Assembly (NCBI GenBank): GCA_037917685.1
Contig: JAVCBU010000012.1
Coordinates: 371,509 to 435,508 of the forward strand
From: Thermoproteota archaeon
GTDB lineage: Archaea; Korarchaeota; Korarchaeia; Korarchaeales; JAOZGB01
DNA length: 64,000 nucleotides
Direction: 5' to 3'
Under the pieces are notes generated by a model, which saw only the letters and a program-made list of their open reading frames with translations, was not told the origin of the DNA and ran no database searches. Positions 58,459-64,000 of the stretch are shown here, one piece after another. Numbering within the stretch: the stretch's first letter is position 1; the number at the start of each line of letters is the position of its first letter. The position numbers were made by a program, and so were the translations under genes.

Positions 58459-59586
58459 GTGATTAACTTAGAAAGAACACCATCTCCATATCTCAAGTGG
58501 ATGCTTAGTAGAAACCCATTCAGCGAGCTATCAAGCGAAAGTCTTGAGGATGTAGGAGAAATTCATGTTTGGACAAAAACAGATTATGAGATATTCCAAA
58601 CAGTAAATAGAGCTGTTAAGAATAGAGAAAACATTTTAATGATAGTTGTAGGAGAATTTGGCTCAGGAAAAACTGAAAGGCTAAAGATAATTGAGTCCTC
58701 ATTCCATGAAATTCAATCTGTTTACGTAAAAATAGATAGTGAAGATGTTGTATCTGTTATTAGGAGAATAATAGCATCGCTTGAAGACAGACCAGAAAGC
58801 ATACCGAAGATATTTAAGAAAAAAGACAAATTCTCAGAGAAAATAGATCGAGCTAATTTCAACCTTGATGAAACAGTTAACTTCATGGAGAAACTCATAG
58901 AAAAACGTGGAGGATTGTTGTTACTTTTGGACGAGTTGGAAAACATATTACTTACAGGCGGTGAAGACTCTGAGACCTTCATTAAATTCCTATCAGAGGT
59001 AGCAAGCCTAAATAGGCTAATAATTATATGCGCCTGCACGCCCCCGGCCTGGGAGAAAATAAGAAACCATGATGAAATTTCAAGGTTAAAAATAAGAACG
59101 CTACATATAAAAGGAATCAACATAAAAGAAGCCCTCAAGATGGTGGAAAATAGGATAAAAAGATCAAGGAATCCACCTGGACACAACCTTGGAGACCCTC
59201 TATATCCCTTTAACGAAAAGGCAATAAGATATGTTTATAGCATTGTAGGAGGAAATCCTAGGGCCATGATAAAAACATTAAGAATGATACTAACAACACT
59301 ATCAACAGACTCTAAAGTGCATGTTATAGACGAAAAAATCATATCAACGATCTTCAAGAAAGAACAATCAAAGACAACTGTGAGGCTGCCACAACTAACA
59401 GATGAGGAAACACATGTTCTAGGGAAAATAATTGAAAACTTTAAGGAGGAGGAATTCTCTTATATTTCGGCAGCGAAGAGATTATCACTACCACCCGAAA
59501 GAGCCTATAATATTCTAGAGAGCCTGCGGAAGAAGAAAATTCTAAAAAAGACTAGAAGCAAATATAGCCTAGCGATAGAAATTTAA
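58459..59586 (+). CDS. P-loop AAA+ ATPase with C-terminal wHTH
   Basis: L..NPF, GEFGSGKT, LLLLDELE, YPF, GNPR. Confidence 0.82.
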   Translation: MINLERTPSPYLKWMLSRNPFSELSSESLEDVGEIHVWTKTDYEIFQTVNRAVKNRENILMIVVGEFGSGKTERLKIIESSFHEIQSVYVKIDSEDVVSVIRRIIASLEDRPESIPKIFKKKDKFSEKIDRANFNLDETVNFMEKLIEKRGGLLLLLDELENILLTGGEDSETFIKFLSEVASLNRLIIICACTPPAWEKIRNHDEISRLKIRTLHIKGINIKEALKMVENRIKRSRNPPGHNLGDPLYPFNEKAIRYVYSIVGGNPRAMIKTLRMILTTLSTDSKVHVIDEKIISTIFKKEQSKTTVRLPQLTDEETHVLGKIIENFKEEEFSYISAAKRLSLPPERAYNILESLRKKKILKKTRSKYSLAIEI

Positions 59587-59635
59587 AAGTAGGCTCCATT
59601 TAAGGTAGAATTCTTCAATGTATGAGATTGAGATG

Positions 59636-59696
59636 GAGGGCTCAAGACTCAAGATCTTCATCATTGCTCAGGAGGCTCGGTGTTATCATTGCCCTC
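59636..59696 (-). ncRNA. Box C/D guide sRNA
   Basis: GAGGGC-A-ATGATAA(C)-CACCGAGCCTC-CTGA(D')-GCA-ATGATGA(C')-AGATCTTGAGTC-TTGA(D)-GCCCTC with 6-bp terminal stem. Confidence 0.82.
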
Positions 59697-59760
59697 TTTT
59701 TCTATACTTACAACTCCTACAATTTAACAGTAACGGTTAATAGTAGCGGAGTGGGAGGTA

Positions 59761-59884
59761 TAGCGGGGGGTTCCTCCGTGACTGTTGGAGTTCCCCGGGG
59801 AGGCCACCCGTTTTGAACCACCAACCTCAGGGTTATGAGCCAGCCGCCTGATGTCTGCGGGCTACCAGGCTACCCCACCCCGCT
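59761..59884 (-). tRNA. Initiator tRNA-Met(CAT) with three introns (59842-59854, 59790-59811, 59771-59785)
   Basis: Removing 13+22+15 nt gives a 74-nt cloverleaf with A1-U72, three G-C anticodon-stem pairs, CTCATAA loop and GGTGG/CCACC T stem. Confidence 0.85.
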
Positions 59885-59910
59885 AATATTACTATTGTAA
59901 GAACTACTGA

Positions 59911-59920
59911 TATAAATTTT
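59911..59920 (-). promoter_or_regulatory. Probable BRE/TATA of the tRNA-iMet gene
   Basis: Minus-strand AAAATTTATA about 27-36 nt upstream of tRNA position 1. Confidence 0.6.
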
Positions 59921-59921
59921 A

Positions 59922-60190
59922 CGGCTGGGTGGAGGCTGTAATCCACCTTCTGTTTGTACGGGAGATTAGACTATGCGCCCCTACGGGCTTGCACCCCCAC
60001 GGGGAACCCTCGTTTCACCGCGAGGCGGATATACTCCGCGGTTTTGCCGCTTCATAGACATTCACCTGCCTCCTTTACGTTTCTGTAGGGTTCCCTACCC
60101 CTCTCAGGGTACCTGGACGGCGTGGTTAACCGGGTGGGTGGAATTTCCTCAGCCCATATAGGGCCGAACTCCCGCACCTCCTCCCAGCCG
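59922..60190 (-). ncRNA. rnpB: RNase P RNA, type M-like
   Basis: Terminal helix CGGCTGGG/CCCAGCCG; GAGGAAATTCCACC (CR-I), ACAGAAA, GGTGAAACG, GGGTGCAAG, AACAGAAGGTGGATTA (CR-V). Confidence 0.92.
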
Positions 60191-60193
60191 TTC

Positions 60194-60233
60194 GGCCAAG
60201 GCATAGGTACCGTTACGTCGGTCAGACTAGGGC
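60194..60233 (-). other. 3' arm of the 23S processing stem with BHB
   Basis: Pairs with 63290-63329: central CGUC/GACG helix, bulges AAA and UAA, long flanking helices. Confidence 0.9.
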
Positions 60234-63289
<3,056 letters not shown>

Positions 63290-63329
63290 GCCCTAGCCTG
63301 ACCTTTGACGCAGCACCTATGCCTTGGCC
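63290..63329 (-). other. 5' arm of the 23S processing stem with BHB
   Basis: Complementary to 60194-60233. Confidence 0.9.
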
Positions 63330-63362
63330 TTCACCGAACCGTAAGATCAGGTTCTCGGCCTC

Positions 63363-63387
63363 AGCCTTAAACCTCAGGTTTAAGGCT
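63363..63387. repeat. Perfect 11-bp hairpin in the 16S-23S spacer
   Basis: AGCCTTAAACC-TCA-GGTTTAAGGCT. Confidence 0.85.
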
Positions 63388-63444
63388 TCATACAGTGATA
63401 GTAGTAAGCAGTCTAAGCCCCCCTTAAGAGGCGGCAGGATTATG

Positions 63445-64000
<556 letters not shown>

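Noticed and set aside
59922-60190. 5S rRNA or SRP RNA after the 23S
   Set aside because: Length and conserved motifs match RNase P RNA instead
63330-63444. tRNA-Ala in the 16S-23S spacer
   Set aside because: No cloverleaf or TGC anticodon arm; only short hairpins

Overview
Gene-dense window from an archaeal chromosome, probably a thermophile: GC-rich stable RNAs sit in an AT-richer coding background, the 16S-23S operon has no spacer tRNA-Ala and no linked 5S, and the tRNA introns are TACK/Asgard-like. Housekeeping genes include ppsA (5' partial), arcC, ahcY, a Thg1-like gene, radA, apgM, aglB, cdc48, GGGP synthase, metG, acdB, tldDE, four CBS genes, rqcH, ftsY-pfdA-rpl31e-rpl39e-rps19e-rnp4, rfcSL and cdc6. 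The best candidate for an undescribed system is at about 39.9-50.8 kb. It combines a PqqD/RRE protein, two OPT-like multipass transporters, an EMC6/OPTI-like fusion protein and a 1464-aa fusion of a degenerate M28 peptidase (with PA domain) to a MacB/FtsX permease, with no ABC ATPase. Other highlights are: a surface-glycan locus with a glucuronyl C5-epimerase; an RNase P RNA (type M-like) directly behind the 23S processing stem; an initiator tRNA split by three introns with a 4-nt exon; a C/D guide RNA predicted to methylate C34 of tRNA-Leu(CAA); a 23S rRNA with several substitutions at normally invariant peptidyl-transferase positions (including A2062U plus A2503U); and an ATA-started rfcL. 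All calls come from motif recognition by eye; no searches were run.
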